From positions 966,918-1,030,917 of the forward strand of contig CAVRBO010000001.1 of NCBI GenBank assembly GCA_963719285.1: a stretch of 64,000 bases of DNA. Reading direction: 5' to 3'. A model generated the notes under the pieces. It had not been told where the DNA came from. It made no database searches and saw nothing but the letters and a program-made list of their open reading frames with translations. The DNA comes from an uncultured Chloroflexia bacterium (GTDB lineage Bacteria > Chloroflexota > Limnocylindria > Limnocylindrales > CSP1-4). Below, one piece after another: positions 48,906 through 60,673 of this stretch; position 1 is the stretch's first letter; every line of letters starts with the position of its first letter. Made by a program: the position numbers and the translations under genes.

Positions 48906-49567
48906 CAGGCGCTCTTCTGGATGGCGGCGACCCGGGCGACGAGCGCGGCGGTCACGGCGGTCACGCTGAGGGTCCCATCGACGGTGCTCAGCAGGCCGCG
49001 GTCGCGGTAGTAGGCGATGACGTCGCCGAGCGCACCGAGCTGCTGGGCCAGACGGGCCTTGATCGTCTCGGGCCGGTCGTCGTCGCGCTGGTACAGGGCG
49101 CTGGCGTCGATGTCGCACACGCCAGGCGTGCGGGGCGGGTGCTTCGACTCGTTGTAGACGTGGCCTTCCTTGCGGCAGATCCAACGCCCGGACAGGCGTC
49201 GGACCAGCTCGTCCGCGGCGACCTCGATGAGGATGGCCTGGCCGACTCGGGCACCCCGGTCGGCCAGGGCGCGGTCGAGCGCGGCCGCCTGCTCGCGGTT
49301 GCGCGGGAAGCCGTCCAGGACGGCGCCGGGCGCGGCGTCCTTGCGCCCGAGGCGTTCGAGGAGCATGTCGATCGTGATCGCGTCCGGGACGAGCTCGCCC
49401 CGGGACATGTACGCGCCCGCTTCCCGGCCGATGGTCGTGTCGTCCCGGACGGCGGCCCGGAACAGGTCGCCGGTCGCGATATGGGGCACGGCCAGTCGCT
49501 CGGCCAGGATCGCCGCCTGGGTCCCCTTCCCCGCACCCGGCGCGCCCAGCAGGACGACGACGGTCAC
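48905..49567 (-). CDS. adk: adenylate kinase
   Basis: MTVVVLLGAPGAGKGTQA P-loop and zinc-lid CRKEGHVYN... region. Confidence 0.9.
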   Translation of the reverse strand: MTVVVLLGAPGAGKGTQAAILAERLAVPHIATGDLFRAAVRDDTTIGREAGAYMSRGELVPDAITIDMLLERLGRKDAAPGAVLDGFPRNREQAAALDRALADRGARVGQAILIEVAADELVRRLSGRWICRKEGHVYNESKHPPRTPGVCDIDASALYQRDDDRPETIKARLAQQLGALGDVIAYYRDRGLLSTVDGTLSVTAVTAALVARVAAIQKSA

Positions 49568-50844
49568 CGGATGAAGCCCTCGTAGTTGCGCATCATCAGC
49601 TGGGCTTCGATCTGCTTCATCGTCTCCACCACCACGCTCACGACGATGAGCAGGCCGGTGCCGCCCAGGCCGATCCCACCAAGGGTGGGCACGATGGCCG
49701 CGACGAATTGCGGGGCGACCGCGACGACCCCCAGGAAGAGTGCGCCGGCGATCGTGATCCGGAAGACGACCTTGGACAGGTAGTCCTGGGTCGGTCGCCC
49801 CGGGCGGATCCCGGGGATGAAGCCGCCGTTCTTCCGTAACTGCTCGGCGGTCTCGTCGGGCTTGAACGTGAACGCGGTGTAGAAGTAGGTGAACCCGACC
49901 GTGAGCACGAAGTACAGGATCAGGTAGGGCGCGCCGTGCTGGTCGAGGAACGACACGATCGCCCTCGAGATGTCGGCGACCGGACCGATCGTGCTCGTCT
50001 GGAAGTACGCCGCGATCTGGCTCGGGAAGAGGAGGATGCTGATCGCGAAGATGATCGGGATGACGCCCGCCTGGTTCACCCGGAGGGGCAGGAACGTGGA
50101 GCCGCCCGAGTACTGGCGGCGACCGCGGACACGGCTCGCGTACTGGATCGGGATGCGCCGCTGGCCTTCCTGGATGTAGATGATCACGAAGATCGCGGCC
50201 AGGCCGATGAGCCCGAAGATGACGATCGCGGCCAGGTCCGGCGTCTCGAGGAATGAGCCGATCGCGCGCGGGACGCGGCCGACGATGCCCGCGAAGATGA
50301 TGAAGCTGATGCCGTTGCCGATGCCCTTCTCGGTGATGAGCTCGCCGAGGAACATCAGCAGGATCGAGCCCGCGGTCAGGGTGATGATCTGGGTGATGGT
50401 CTCCCAGTTCGACAGGCTGAACGTGGTCGTGAGCACGCCCTGCGAGGCGAGCAGGGCCAGGAAGCCGTACGACGACAGCAGCGCCATCGGCACGGCCAGG
50501 ACACGGGTGTACTGGTTGAGCTTGTTGCGCCCGTACTCACCCTCGCGGCTGAGCGTCTGGAGCGAGGGGATCACCCCCTGCATCAGCTGCATGATGATCG
50601 ACGCGTTGATGTACGGATTCATCCCCAGGCCCACGACCGAGAAGGTCGACAGGCCGCCGCCGCTGAACAGGTCGAGCAGGCCGAAGATGGCGTTGCCGTT
50701 GAAGAAGTTCGCCAGCGCCGTGTGGTCGACGCCCGGGACCGGGACGTGGGACAGGAACCGGAAGAGGATCAGGACCCCGGCGACATACAGCAGCCGTTTC
50801 CGCAGGTCCGGTGCCCGGAAGGCGTTGAGGAGCGACTCGAACAC
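49564..50844 (-). CDS. secY: preprotein translocase subunit SecY
   Basis: GTG start just after rplO stop; LLNAFRAPDLRKRLLYV... and ten TM segments; ends ...MMRNYEGFIR. Confidence 0.85.
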   Translation of the reverse strand: MFESLLNAFRAPDLRKRLLYVAGVLILFRFLSHVPVPGVDHTALANFFNGNAIFGLLDLFSGGGLSTFSVVGLGMNPYINASIIMQLMQGVIPSLQTLSREGEYGRNKLNQYTRVLAVPMALLSSYGFLALLASQGVLTTTFSLSNWETITQIITLTAGSILLMFLGELITEKGIGNGISFIIFAGIVGRVPRAIGSFLETPDLAAIVIFGLIGLAAIFVIIYIQEGQRRIPIQYASRVRGRRQYSGGSTFLPLRVNQAGVIPIIFAISILLFPSQIAAYFQTSTIGPVADISRAIVSFLDQHGAPYLILYFVLTVGFTYFYTAFTFKPDETAEQLRKNGGFIPGIRPGRPTQDYLSKVVFRITIAGALFLGVVAVAPQFVAAIVPTLGGIGLGGTGLLIVVSVVVETMKQIEAQLMMRNYEGFIR

Positions 50845-50845
50845 G

Positions 50846-51787
50846 TCAGGCGTCTTCGCCGGCCGGGGCGTCGGCTGACGGGGCGGAGGTCTCGGCGGTC
50901 TCGGCGGTCTCGTCCGCCTCTTCTGCCGCCGCCTTCGCCTTGGCCTTGACGGACTTTGCCGGCTTGGCCGGAGCGTCGCTATCACGGGCTTCGGCGTCAC
51001 CCGCCGGGGCAGGGCCCTCGGGCGAAGGCGCCGCGGTGGCGCGGCGCACGGGATCGGCAGTCTTCGCGCTCCGGGCTGGCTTGGTGGCCGGCCCGGCGCT
51101 CGTGTCGTCGTCGAGGTCCGCTGTCACCTCGATGTCGTGCTTCGCTGCCTTGGCCGGTTTCGCCGGAGCGTCGCTTTCGCCGGCGCCGGCCTTTTCGGCC
51201 GGGGCCTTCTCGTCGGCCTTCGGAGCGGCCTTCGGCTCGACGCCCAGGGCGGCCAGCGGTGCGGTCGGGATGACGATCAGCTGGACGGACCCGCCGGCCG
51301 CCTCGATCTTCGCCACGGCCGTCCGGCTGAACGCATCGGCGACCACGAACAGGGGCCGGTCGACCTCGCCCTGGCCGAGGACCTTGAGCGGCTTGTCGAG
51401 GGTGCGGACCGCGCCGACCGCCCGGAGCAGCTCCTGGTTGATCGTGATCGGGGCCGCCTTGGCCGGCTTGGCGCCGTCCTTGCCCTTCACGCCGGCGAGG
51501 TCGCCGGGCTCGAGCGCACCGAGCTCGACGAGCTCGGCGATGCGGCCCAGGTTCACGATCTCGAACTGGGTCTTGAACGGGTTCTTGAACCCGCGCAGTT
51601 TCGGGATGCGCTGGTGGAGCGGCGTCTGGCCGCCTTCGAACCAGGCCGGGATCGAGCCGCCGGCGCGCGCCTTCTGGCCCTTCGTGCCGCGACCCGCGGT
51701 CTTGCCGCCGCCGGCCGCGATGCCCCGGCCGACGCGGGTGCGGCGCGTGTGGGCGCCGTCCGCGGGGCGGAGGTCGTGGAGCTTCAT
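50846..51787 (-). CDS. rplO: 50S ribosomal protein L15 with about 165-aa C-terminal low-complexity tail
   Basis: [40 protein letters not shown]15 core (about 150 aa) followed by Ala/Pro/Lys/Glu/Asp-rich repeats (PAKPAKAAK, PAKPAKSVKAKAKAAAEEADETAETAE). Confidence 0.85.
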   Translation of the reverse strand: MKLHDLRPADGAHTRRTRVGRGIAAGGGKTAGRGTKGQKARAGGSIPAWFEGGQTPLHQRIPKLRGFKNPFKTQFEIVNLGRIAELVELGALEPGDLAGVKGKDGAKPAKAAPITINQELLRAVGAVRTLDKPLKVLGQGEVDRPLFVVADAFSRTAVAKIEAAGGSVQLIVIPTAPLAALGVEPKAAPKADEKAPAEKAGAGESDAPAKPAKAAKHDIEVTADLDDDTSAGPATKPARSAKTADPVRRATAAPSPEGPAPAGDAEARDSDAPAKPAKSVKAKAKAAAEEADETAETAETSAPSADAPAGEDA

Positions 51788-51999
51788 GCCTTCTCCTTGG
51801 ACGCCTCGGGAACCTCGGGAAGCTCCTCGACCGCCACCATGAACTGGACCTGGCGGACCATCCCCCGGGTCGCGGGGTTGTCCGGGATCTCGACGGTGTC
51901 GCCGATCCGGTGCAGACCGAGCGCGCGCACGGTCGCCCGGTTGCGCGCGATCTGGCTGATCGTGCTCTTGGTCTGGGTGACGCGCAGCTTACCGGCCAT
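51784..51999 (-). CDS. rpmD: 50S ribosomal protein L30
   Basis: [29 protein letters not shown]. Confidence 0.85.
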   Translation of the reverse strand: MAGKLRVTQTKSTISQIARNRATVRALGLHRIGDTVEIPDNPATRGMVRQVQFMVAVEELPEVPEASKEKA

Positions 52000-52531
52000 C
52001 GCGGACCTCCACTGGTTCGCCGTTCGACTGACCGGCGATGAAGCTGCGCAGCGGGATGCCGCGGCGCACGCTCAGCTCCTCGGCCGAGTGGAGGCTGCGA
52101 AGCGCCTCGATCGTGGCCCGGGTCACGTTGACCGGGTTCGTGGAGCCGTGGGTCTTGGTCAGGATGTCCCGGATACCGGCGGACTCGATGACCGCGCGGA
52201 CGGCGCCGCCGGCGATGACGCCGGTGCCCTGCGAAGCGGGCTTGAGCAGGATCCTGCTGGCCGAGTACTCGTGGCGGACCTCGTGCGGGATCGTCGTGCC
52301 GTACATCGGGACGCGGATGAGGTTCTTCTTGGCGTCCTCGACGCCCTTGCGGATGGATTCCGGCACCTCGCCGGCCTTGCCCAGCCCGACGCCGACGTGC
52401 CCGGCGCCGTCGCCGACGACGACGATCGCGCTGAAGCTGAACCGCCGCCCGCCCTTGACGACCTTGGCGACTCGGTTGATCTGGACGACGCGCTCTTCGA
52501 GCGTCAGCTTGTTGGGGTCGATCCTCGCCAC
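51989..52531 (-). CDS. rpsE: 30S ribosomal protein S5
   Basis: [27 protein letters not shown]. Confidence 0.9.
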   Translation of the reverse strand: MARIDPNKLTLEERVVQINRVAKVVKGGRRFSFSAIVVVGDGAGHVGVGLGKAGEVPESIRKGVEDAKKNLIRVPMYGTTIPHEVRHEYSASRILLKPASQGTGVIAGGAVRAVIESAGIRDILTKTHGSTNPVNVTRATIEALRSLHSAEELSVRRGIPLRSFIAGQSNGEPVEVRDGR

Positions 52532-52549
52532 GTGGTCAGCTCCTAACGA

Positions 52550-52912
52550 TCAGAAATCCAGGCCGGCTTCGCGGGCCGCCTCTGCGAGCGACTTGATCCG
52601 CCCGTGATACCGGAACCCGGCCCGATCGAACACGACGCGCTCGACGCCGGCGGACCTGGCCCGCTCGGCGACGAGGCGCCCGACGACCTTGGCCTCCTCC
52701 GTCTTGGTCTGCCTGGAGCCGCGAAGCTCCTTCTCGACCGTGGAGGCGGCGGCCAGCGTCTTGCCGGCCCCGTCGTCGATCACCTGGGCATAGATGTGGT
52801 TGAGGCTGCGGAAGACCGCGAGCCGTGGCCGGTCGGACGTCCCCTCGAGCGAGAGACGGATCCGTTCGTGCCGCTTGTGGCGCGCGGTGCCGCGGTTGGC
52901 GACCGACGTCAT
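52550..52912 (-). CDS. rplR: 50S ribosomal protein L18
   Basis: internal [39 protein letters not shown]. Confidence 0.85.
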   Translation of the reverse strand: MTSVANRGTARHKRHERIRLSLEGTSDRPRLAVFRSLNHIYAQVIDDGAGKTLAAASTVEKELRGSRQTKTEEAKVVGRLVAERARSAGVERVVFDRAGFRYHGRIKSLAEAAREAGLDF

Positions 52913-52931
52913 CGTGCTCGTCCCTTCGTCA

Positions 52932-53484
52932 TCACTTCTTGCCGCCGATCTTGCCGGCCTTGCCGGCCTTGCGCCGGATGTACTCGCCCGCGTAGCGCAC
53001 GCCCTTGCCCTTGTACGGCTCGGGCTTGCGGGTGGCACGGACCCGCGCGGCGACCTGGCCGACGAGCTCCTTGTCGATGCCGACGATGGCCAGCCGGGTG
53101 GGGTTCTCCAGCTCGAACGTGATGCCGGCCGGCGCCTCGATCTCGATGGGGTGGCTGTAACCCAGGTTGAGCTGGAGGTTGTTGCCGATCTTCGTCGCCC
53201 GGTAGCCGACGCCGGTGATCTCGAGGCCCTTGCGGTAGCCGTCCGACACGCCGATGACCATGTTGGCCACGAGCGTCCGGGTCAGGCCGTGAAGCTGCTT
53301 GTGGACCTTCTGCTCGCTCGGCCGGCTCACGACGATCGTGTCGCCGTCACGGGCGACGAGCATGTCCGGGTGCAGGTCGCGGTGGAGGGTGCCCTTGGGG
53401 CCCTGGACCGTGACCGATCGACCGTCGATGGTGACGTCGACGCCGGCGGGGAACGGCGATGGGCAGGCGACCGATGCGTGACAT
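52932..53484 (-). CDS. rplF: 50S ribosomal protein L6
   Basis: ATG at 53484 gives [37 protein letters not shown]..., two L6 repeats. Confidence 0.85.
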
Positions 53485-53492
53485 CTATCGGC

Positions 53493-53891
53493 CTACCACA
53501 CGTACGCCAGGACTTCGCCACCGAGCTGGGCCTTGCGGGCCTGCGCGCCGGTCATGATCCCCTGGCTCGTGCTGATGATGACGACGCCCAGGCCGCCCAG
53601 GACGCGCGGGATGTCGGTCTTGCGGGCGTACACCCGCAGGCCGGGCTTGCTGATCCGCTTCAGCCCGGACACGACCGGCGCCTTGCCGTCGACGTACTTG
53701 AGGGTCAGGTGGAGGGTGAGCGCGGCGCCCACCTGGTCCTCGCGGACGTCGGCGATGAAGCCCTCGTCCTTGAGGATGCGGGCGATCTCGCGCTTCGTCC
53801 GCGACGCCGGCACGACGACCTCGAGGTGGCGGGCGCGCGACGCGTTGCGGATGCGGGTGAGCATGTCCGCGATCGGATCGGAGATGTTCAT
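53493..53891 (-). CDS. rpsH: 30S ribosomal protein S8
   Basis: MNISDPIADMLTRIRNA. Confidence 0.9.
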   Translation of the reverse strand: MNISDPIADMLTRIRNASRARHLEVVVPASRTKREIARILKDEGFIADVREDQVGAALTLHLTLKYVDGKAPVVSGLKRISKPGLRVYARKTDIPRVLGGLGVVIISTSQGIMTGAQARKAQLGGEVLAYVW

Positions 53892-53898
53892 CGGTGTC

Positions 53899-54084
53899 CT
53901 ACCAGCTCGACTTCGTCACGCCCGGCAGCTCGCCCATCAGGGCGCGCTCCCGGAAGCAGATGCGGCACAGTCCGAACCGGCGCATGTAGGCGCGCGGACG
54001 GCCGCACACGAAGCAGCGGTGATAGCCCTGCGACTTGTGCTTCGGCGGTCGCTTCTGCTTGGCGATGAGTGATTTCTTGGCCAT
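53899..54084 (-). CDS. rpsZ: 30S ribosomal protein S14 type Z (zinc-binding)
   Basis: 61 aa with [10 protein letters not shown]...CRICFRE CxxC-x12-CxxC. Confidence 0.9.
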   Translation of the reverse strand: MAKKSLIAKQKRPPKHKSQGYHRCFVCGRPRAYMRRFGLCRICFRERALMGELPGVTKSSW

Positions 54085-54102
54085 CGGTCTCCCTCCCCGC
54101 GC

Positions 54103-54645
54103 CTAGACGGCGAAAGGGATGCCGAGGAGTTCGAGCAGACGCTTCGACTCCTCGTCGGTCTTCGCCGTCGTCACGATGCTGATCTCCAGCCCGCGGAGAC
54201 GGTCCACCTTGTCGTAGTCGATCTCCGGGAACGCGAGTTGCTCCCGGAAACCCAGTGAGTAGTTGCCCCGGCCGTCGAACGAGCGGCTCGGCACGCCGTG
54301 GAAGTCGCGGATGCGGGGCAGGGCGAGCGCCGTCAGGCGGTCGAGGAAGTCCCACATCCGCTGGCCGCGCAGGGTCACGACCGCGCCGACCGGATTGCCG
54401 GCACGGAGCCGGAACTGGGCGATCGAGCGCTTGGCCTTGGTCACGATCGGCTTCTGGCCGGTGATCGCGCTGAGGTCGCCCGTCGCGGCGTCGATCGCCT
54501 TGGCATTCGTGAGCGCCTCGCCCAGGCCGATGTTGACCACGATCTTCGAGAGACGTGGCACCTGCATCGGGTTGGCGTATTCGAATTGCTTGGTGAGCGC
54601 CGGCACGATCTCGGCCTTGTAGCGCTCGTGGAGTCGCTGCGTCAT
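54103..54645 (-). CDS. rplE: 50S ribosomal protein L5
   Basis: [40 protein letters not shown]. Confidence 0.9.
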   Translation of the reverse strand: MTQRLHERYKAEIVPALTKQFEYANPMQVPRLSKIVVNIGLGEALTNAKAIDAATGDLSAITGQKPIVTKAKRSIAQFRLRAGNPVGAVVTLRGQRMWDFLDRLTALALPRIRDFHGVPSRSFDGRGNYSLGFREQLAFPEIDYDKVDRLRGLEISIVTTAKTDEESKRLLELLGIPFAV

Positions 54646-55082
54646 GGCTTGGCTCCCAGCTGCTCGCCGCAGTGGCTGCAGGTGCGGACCCGCTTGCCGG
54701 AATCGAGGAGGGCATGACCCACCCTGGTCGGTCGCTCGCAGTGCGAGCAGACGACCATGACCCGGCTGATCGGGATCGGCTGGGCGAGGTCGATGATGCC
54801 GCCCTGCTGGACCTTGGGCATCCGGTCGTTGGCGCCCTGGGTCTGGCGCGGCTTCGTGTGGCGCTTGGCGATGTTGAGCCCGGTCACGATGACGGTCGCC
54901 TCCGACAGCGCCGGCCCGGTGGGGCCGCCGCGATGGGCGGTGATGATGGTGGCCCGTCGGGTCCGGGCGACGGACTCGACCTTGCCGCGCTTGCCGGCAT
55001 CCTTGCCGGACAGCACGACGACCGTGTCGCCGGTCCGGATCTCGGGCACCTTGGTGGTCCGGGTCACGACGGCGCGGGCCAT
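54642..55082 (-). CDS. rplX: 50S ribosomal protein L24 with C-terminal CxxC-x19-CxxC putative zinc ribbon
   Basis: internal [38 protein letters not shown] (KOW motif); C-terminus [33 protein letters not shown]. Confidence 0.85.
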   Translation of the reverse strand: MARAVVTRTTKVPEIRTGDTVVVLSGKDAGKRGKVESVARTRRATIITAHRGGPTGPALSEATVIVTGLNIAKRHTKPRQTQGANDRMPKVQQGGIIDLAQPIPISRVMVVCSHCERPTRVGHALLDSGKRVRTCSHCGEQLGAKP

Positions 55083-55450
55083 CACAGCACCTCCGGGGCG
55101 AGGGACACGATCTTCATGTAGTTCTTGTCCCGCAGCTCGCGGGCCACGGGCCCGAAGATCCGGGTGCCCCGCGGATTGCCCTGGTTGTTGATGAGCACCG
55201 CGGCGTTCTCGTCGAACCGGATGTAGCTCCCGTCGGGGCGGCCGTACTCCTTGGCCGTCCGCACGACGACGGCCCGGACGACGTCGCCCTTCTTGACCGC
55301 GGCGTTCGGGATCGCCTGCTTGACGCTGGCGATGATGACGTCGCCCACGCCGGCCACCGTCTTCTGGGAACGACCCATCACCCGGATGCACTGGATGGTC
55401 CGGGCTCCGGTGTTGTCGGCGACCTTGAGGCGGGATTGAGGCTGGATCAT
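55082..55450 (-). CDS. rplN: 50S ribosomal protein L14
   Basis: [26 protein letters not shown]. Confidence 0.9.
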   Translation of the reverse strand: MIQPQSRLKVADNTGARTIQCIRVMGRSQKTVAGVGDVIIASVKQAIPNAAVKKGDVVRAVVVRTAKEYGRPDGSYIRFDENAAVLINNQGNPRGTRIFGPVARELRDKNYMKIVSLAPEVL

Positions 55451-55857
55451 GCGTCGGTCCCGGACGCCTCGGCGGCTCCGGCTGCCTCCGCCGCCTCGGC
55501 GGCACGGTCACGCCCCGGATGGGCGGCCGCATGGATCGCTTCGGTCGTTGCGGCCTCCTCGACGACCAGGTCGGACGGACCGCCGTGATCGCCGGTCCTG
55601 GCCGTGATCTCGACCAGGCGCCAGCGCTTCGTCGCCGACAGCGGGCGGCTCTCCTCGATGAGCACGGTGTCGCCGACGCGGGCCTCGTTGTCCTCGTCGT
55701 GGGCCTTGAACTTGGTCGTCAAGCGGATGACCCGCTTGTAGAGGCGGTGGCGCGCCAGGCGTTCGACGGACACGACGATCGTCTTGTCCATCTTGTCGCT
55801 GACGACGCGGCCGACCTTGGTCTTCCGCTTGCCGTTCACGGTGCTTGCTCCTGTCAT
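55447..55857 (-). CDS. rpsQ: 30S ribosomal protein S17 with acidic Ala-rich C-terminal extension
   Basis: [25 protein letters not shown] core; about 50 extra C-terminal residues (…[35 protein letters not shown]). Confidence 0.85.
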   Translation of the reverse strand: MTGASTVNGKRKTKVGRVVSDKMDKTIVVSVERLARHRLYKRVIRLTTKFKAHDEDNEARVGDTVLIEESRPLSATKRWRLVEITARTGDHGGPSDLVVEEAATTEAIHAAAHPGRDRAAEAAEAAGAAEASGTDA

Positions 55858-55873
55858 CGCGTGATCTCCCGGG

Positions 55874-56080
55874 TCAGGCCGAGCGGGCGCGTCCGACGCG
55901 CCGCTCCAGCTGGACCGTCAGGATCCGCGCGATCGTCCGACGGGTCTGAGGGATCTTGGTGTAGCTCTTGAGCTGCCGGGTGGACAGGTCGAAGCGCGCC
56001 TGCCAGAGCTCCTGCTTCGCCTCGCGAAGCGCGACCTCCAGCTCGGCGTCGGTCAGCCCGCGGACCTTATCGATGTCCAT
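55874..56080 (-). CDS. rpmC: 50S ribosomal protein L29
   Basis: [30 protein letters not shown]. Confidence 0.9.
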   Translation of the reverse strand: MDIDKVRGLTDAELEVALREAKQELWQARFDLSTRQLKSYTKIPQTRRTIARILTVQLERRVGRARSA

Positions 56081-56504
56081 CGGTCACCTCCCCCGCTCCG
56101 TCCCGCTGCACCACGCGCGTGGCGACCGGGAGCTTGTGGCTCGCGAGGCGCATCGCCTCGACGGCTTCGTCCTGGGGCACGCCGGCCATCTCGAACAGGA
56201 TCCGGCCGGGCTTCACGACGGCGACCCAGTGATCCGGGGCGCCCTTGCCGGAGCCCATCCGGGTCTCGGCCGGCTTCTTGGTCGCCGGCTTGTCCGGGAA
56301 GATCCGGATCCAGATCTTGCCGCCACGCTTGACCGAGCGGGTCATGGCCCGCCGGGCGGCCTCGATCTGGCGGCTGGTGATCCAGGCGGGCTCGGTCGTG
56401 GCGAGGCCGAAGTCGCCGAAGGCGACCGAGAACCCACCCTTGGCCTGGCCCGACATCCGCCCGCGCATCACCTTGCGATGCTTGACCCGGCGTGGCATCA
56501 GCAT
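56067..56504 (-). CDS. rplP: 50S ribosomal protein L16
   Basis: [24 protein letters not shown]. Confidence 0.9.
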   Translation of the reverse strand: MLMPRRVKHRKVMRGRMSGQAKGGFSVAFGDFGLATTEPAWITSRQIEAARRAMTRSVKRGGKIWIRIFPDKPATKKPAETRMGSGKGAPDHWVAVVKPGRILFEMAGVPQDEAVEAMRLASHKLPVATRVVQRDGAGEVTDGHR

Positions 56505-56505
56505 G

Positions 56506-57192
56506 TCAGGCTCCCGCTGCCGCGACCGCGGCCGCCTGGGCCGGGGTCAGCTCGCGATTGCCGCGCTCGGGCGCGATGTCACCGCGGTAGACCCACACCT
56601 TGACGCCGATGCGGCCGTACGTGGTGTGGGCGTGGACCTGGCCGTAGCTGATGTCGGCACGGAGCGTGCCGAGCGGGATGCGCCCCTCGCGGTCCCACTC
56701 GCGGCGGCCCATCTCCGAGCCGCCCAGGCGGCCGGCGACGGCGATCTTCACGCCCTTCGCGCCGGCCTTCATCGTCCGCTGGATGGCCTGCTTCATCGCC
56801 TTCTTGAACGCGATCCGGCGGGCCAGCTGCTGGGCGATGTTCATGGCCACGAGATACGCGTCGAGCTCCGGCTGGCGGATCTCCTTGATCTCGAGCTTCA
56901 CCTTGCGCTTGGTGAGCAGGCCGATCTGGGTCCGCAGGATCTCGACGTTCGTGCCGCCCTTGCCGATCACGATGCCCGGCTTGGCGGTGTGGATCGTGAC
57001 CGTCACGTGGTTGATCCCGCGCTCGATCTCGACGCCGCTGACGCTCGCGTTGGCGAGCCGCTTGGCGACGAGCTTGCGGATCCCGATGTCCTCCTGGAGG
57101 AGGGCGGTGTATTCCTTGTCCGCGTACCACTTCGCGGTCCAGGTGCGCGAGACACCCAACCGGAAGCCGTACGGGTGAACCTTGTGACCCAT
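56506..57192 (-). CDS. rpsC: 30S ribosomal protein S3
   Basis: [30 protein letters not shown] domain. Confidence 0.9.
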   Translation of the reverse strand: MGHKVHPYGFRLGVSRTWTAKWYADKEYTALLQEDIGIRKLVAKRLANASVSGVEIERGINHVTVTIHTAKPGIVIGKGGTNVEILRTQIGLLTKRKVKLEIKEIRQPELDAYLVAMNIAQQLARRIAFKKAMKQAIQRTMKAGAKGVKIAVAGRLGGSEMGRREWDREGRIPLGTLRADISYGQVHAHTTYGRIGVKVWVYRGDIAPERGNRELTPAQAAAVAAAGA

Positions 57193-57196
57193 CCGG

Positions 57197-57535
57197 CTAG
57201 GCCTCCCGCTCGGCGACGACGACCGTGATGTGGGTCATCGGCTTGTGGATGGCGAACGCCCGTCCCTGGGCGCGCGGGCGGAACCGCTTGATCGTGGGCC
57301 CCTCGTCGGCGCGGGCTTCCACGACGACCAGGTCCTCCGCTGACAGGTTGTGGTTGTTCTCGGCGTTCGCGGTCGCGCTCTTGAGCACGGCCGCGACGTC
57401 ACGGGCGGCGTGCTGGGGCATGAACCGGAGGTATGCCGCGGCCTCCTCCACCGGCTTGCCGGTGATGGCCCTGGTCACGAGTCCGATCTTGCGAGTGGAC
57501 CCGCGCTGGTACTTGGCGGTGGCTGAGACACGCAT
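57197..57535 (-). CDS. rplV: 50S ribosomal protein L22
   Basis: 112 aa, ...[28 protein letters not shown]. Confidence 0.9.
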   Translation of the reverse strand: MRVSATAKYQRGSTRKIGLVTRAITGKPVEEAAAYLRFMPQHAARDVAAVLKSATANAENNHNLSAEDLVVVEARADEGPTIKRFRPRAQGRAFAIHKPMTHITVVVAEREA

Positions 57536-57547
57536 CGTTCGGTGGAC

Positions 57548-57832
57548 CTACTTCAACGACGTCGAGCGCTCGGTGTGCCTGCCGTGCCCGCGGTAGTTGC
57601 GGGTGGGCGAGAACTCGCCGAGCCGATGCCCGACCATGTTCTCCGACACGTAGACCGGGATGTGCTTCTTGCCGTTGTAGACGGCGATGGTGTGGCCGAT
57701 GAAGTCCGGGAAGATGACGGACGCGCGGGACCAGGTCTTGACGACCTTCTTCTCGTTGCGCTTGTTCATCTCCTCGACGCGCCCCTTGAGGCGCTCCTCG
57801 ACGAACCAGCCCTTCTTGACGGATCGTGACAT
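57548..57832 (-). CDS. rpsS: 30S ribosomal protein S19
   Basis: [15 protein letters not shown] ... [12 protein letters not shown]. Confidence 0.9.
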   Translation of the reverse strand: MSRSVKKGWFVEERLKGRVEEMNKRNEKKVVKTWSRASVIFPDFIGHTIAVYNGKKHIPVYVSENMVGHRLGEFSPTRNYRGHGRHTERSTSLK

Positions 57833-57841
57833 CGCTCGCCC

Positions 57842-58669
<828 letters not shown>

Positions 58670-58671
58670 CG

Positions 58672-58995
58672 TCAGACTCCCTCGAAGAAGGTGATCTTCT
58701 GGCCGGCCGCCAGCGTCACGACCGCTTTGCGCCACGGCGTCGTATGACCGACCTGCCGGCCGCGGCGCGTCCCGCGCCGCTTCTCCTTCGACTTGGTCGT
58801 GAGCACGTTGACCCCGACCACGGTCACGCTCTCCTTGCGGTAGAGCTCCTCGATCGCCGCCTTGATCTGGATCTTGTTGGCGTCGCGGTGGACCTCGAAG
58901 GTGTAGCGGTGGTTCGGTTCCTGGTTCGAGAGGTCGATCGACTTCTCGCTGATGACCGGCCGCACGATCACCTCGTGCGCCGTGAGCGTGCTCAT
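58672..58995 (-). CDS. rplW: 50S ribosomal protein L23
   Basis: 107 aa, ...[42 protein letters not shown]. Confidence 0.9.
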   Translation of the reverse strand: MSTLTAHEVIVRPVISEKSIDLSNQEPNHRYTFEVHRDANKIQIKAAIEELYRKESVTVVGVNVLTTKSKEKRRGTRRGRQVGHTTPWRKAVVTLAAGQKITFFEGV

Positions 58996-59615
58996 GCGTA
59001 CACCTCGTCCATCCGGGCGAGGGCCGGCTGCTCGATGAGGACCACGTCCGCGTTGAGCAGGTCGACCACGTTGAGAGAGTCGGCGAGGATGACCTCGACC
59101 CTGGGCAGGTTGCGCGACGAGAGTTCGAGCTTCTGGTCGCGGCCCGGTGCCACGACGAGGACGCGGCCGCCCGCCTTGAGGGCGGCCAGCACGTCCACGA
59201 AGTCGCGGGTCCTGATCGCCTCGAGCCCGAATGTGTCGATGATCCGGATCGCGTCGTCGCCGAACTTGGCCGTGAGCGCGCCACGGAGCGCCAGGCGCTT
59301 CATCTTGCGCGGCAGCCGCTGCTCGTAGGAGCGCGGGTGGGGCCCGAAGACGGCGCCGCCGCCCCGGAAGTGCGGCGCGGTCCGGTGGCCCTGGCGGGCC
59401 CGGCCCGTGCCCTTCTGGCGGTACGGCTTGCGGCCGCCGCCGCGGACCTCGCCGCGGGTCTTGGTGTCGCTCGTGCCGAGATGGCGGCCGGCCAGCTGGG
59501 CGACGACGACCTGGTGGAGCACGGCGGCGTTCACCGGGGCCGCGAAGAGGTCGTCGTTGAGCTCCACGTCGCCCACCGAGGCGCCCGTCCTGTCGTACAG
59601 GGTCGTCTGCGGCAT
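58992..59615 (-). CDS. rplD: 50S ribosomal protein L4
   Basis: 207 aa, ...[32 protein letters not shown]. Confidence 0.9.
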   Translation of the reverse strand: MPQTTLYDRTGASVGDVELNDDLFAAPVNAAVLHQVVVAQLAGRHLGTSDTKTRGEVRGGGRKPYRQKGTGRARQGHRTAPHFRGGGAVFGPHPRSYEQRLPRKMKRLALRGALTAKFGDDAIRIIDTFGLEAIRTRDFVDVLAALKAGGRVLVVAPGRDQKLELSSRNLPRVEVILADSLNVVDLLNADVVLIEQPALARMDEVYA

Positions 59616-59616
59616 G

Positions 59617-60228
59617 TCAGGCCTTCTTCACGAGGATGAGCGCGTGCTTGGACCCGGGCAGGGTCCCCTTCACGAGCAGCAGGTTGCGCTCGGCGTCCGT
59701 GCGGACGACGCGCAGCTTCTTGACGGTCGCTCGGTGGTCGCCCATGTGGCCGGCCATCTTCATGCCCTTGTAGACGCGACCCGGGGTCGTGCCCGGGCCG
59801 ATCGAACCGGGGGCGCGGTGGTGGTCCGAGCCGTGGGTCTTGGGACCGCGCTTGAAGTGGTGGCGCTTGATGTGCCCGGCGAAGCCCTTGCCCTTGGACA
59901 CGCCGGTCACGTCGACCAGATCGCCGGCCGCGAACAGCTCGGCGACGCCGAGCTGCTGACCGACTTCGTAGCCGTCGACGTCGTCGATCCGGAACTCGCG
60001 GATCGTGGCGACCTGGGGCAGGCCTTCGAGCTGGCCGGCCTCGGGCTTGGTGAGCCGCTTGCTCGGCTCGATGCCGAGCTGGACGGCCGTGTAGCCATCG
60101 CGGGCGGTGGTCCGGAGGCGCGTGACGGTATTCGGCTCGACGGCCAGGACGCTCACCGCGACCATGGTCCCGTCGGCCTGGAAGACCTGGGTCATGCCGA
60201 TCTTTCGACCGATGAGTCCGATCGCCAT
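59617..60228 (-). CDS. rplC: 50S ribosomal protein L3
   Basis: MAIGLIGRKIGMTQVFQADGTMVAVSVL. Confidence 0.9.
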   Translation of the reverse strand: MAIGLIGRKIGMTQVFQADGTMVAVSVLAVEPNTVTRLRTTARDGYTAVQLGIEPSKRLTKPEAGQLEGLPQVATIREFRIDDVDGYEVGQQLGVAELFAAGDLVDVTGVSKGKGFAGHIKRHHFKRGPKTHGSDHHRAPGSIGPGTTPGRVYKGMKMAGHMGDHRATVKKLRVVRTDAERNLLLVKGTLPGSKHALILVKKA

Positions 60229-60364
60229 CAGAGCCCTGCCTCGCCGCGCAACCGCGCCCAGTGCACGGCGGAGCCGAGCACGGGAGGGAGCGCACTTGAC
60301 GTGCGTGAGCGACCGCGCGCAGGCGACAACGCGGCAATGGGTCGGTCGAGCGAGTGAGGCGTCA

Positions 60365-60673
60365 TCACATCTTGATCTCGATGTCGACGCCCGCCGCCAG
60401 CGAGAGTCGCATCAGGGCGTCGACCGTCTTCGAACTCGGGTCCAGGATGTCGATGAGCCGCTTATGGGTGCGGATCTCGAACTGCTCCCGGCTGTCCTTG
60501 TCGATGAACGGGGAACGCAGGACGGTGAATTTCTCGATGCGCGTCGGCAGCGGCACGGGCCCGGCGACATCCGCGCCGGTCCGCTGGGCCGTCTCCACGA
60601 TCTGGGCCGCCGACTGATCGAGCAGCCGGTGGTCGTACGCTTTGAGGCGGATCCTGATCCGCTGCTTCGCCAT
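60365..60673 (-). CDS. rpsJ: 30S ribosomal protein S10
   Basis: [56 protein letters not shown]. Confidence 0.9.
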   Translation of the reverse strand: MAKQRIRIRLKAYDHRLLDQSAAQIVETAQRTGADVAGPVPLPTRIEKFTVLRSPFIDKDSREQFEIRTHKRLIDILDPSSKTVDALMRLSLAAGVDIEIKM

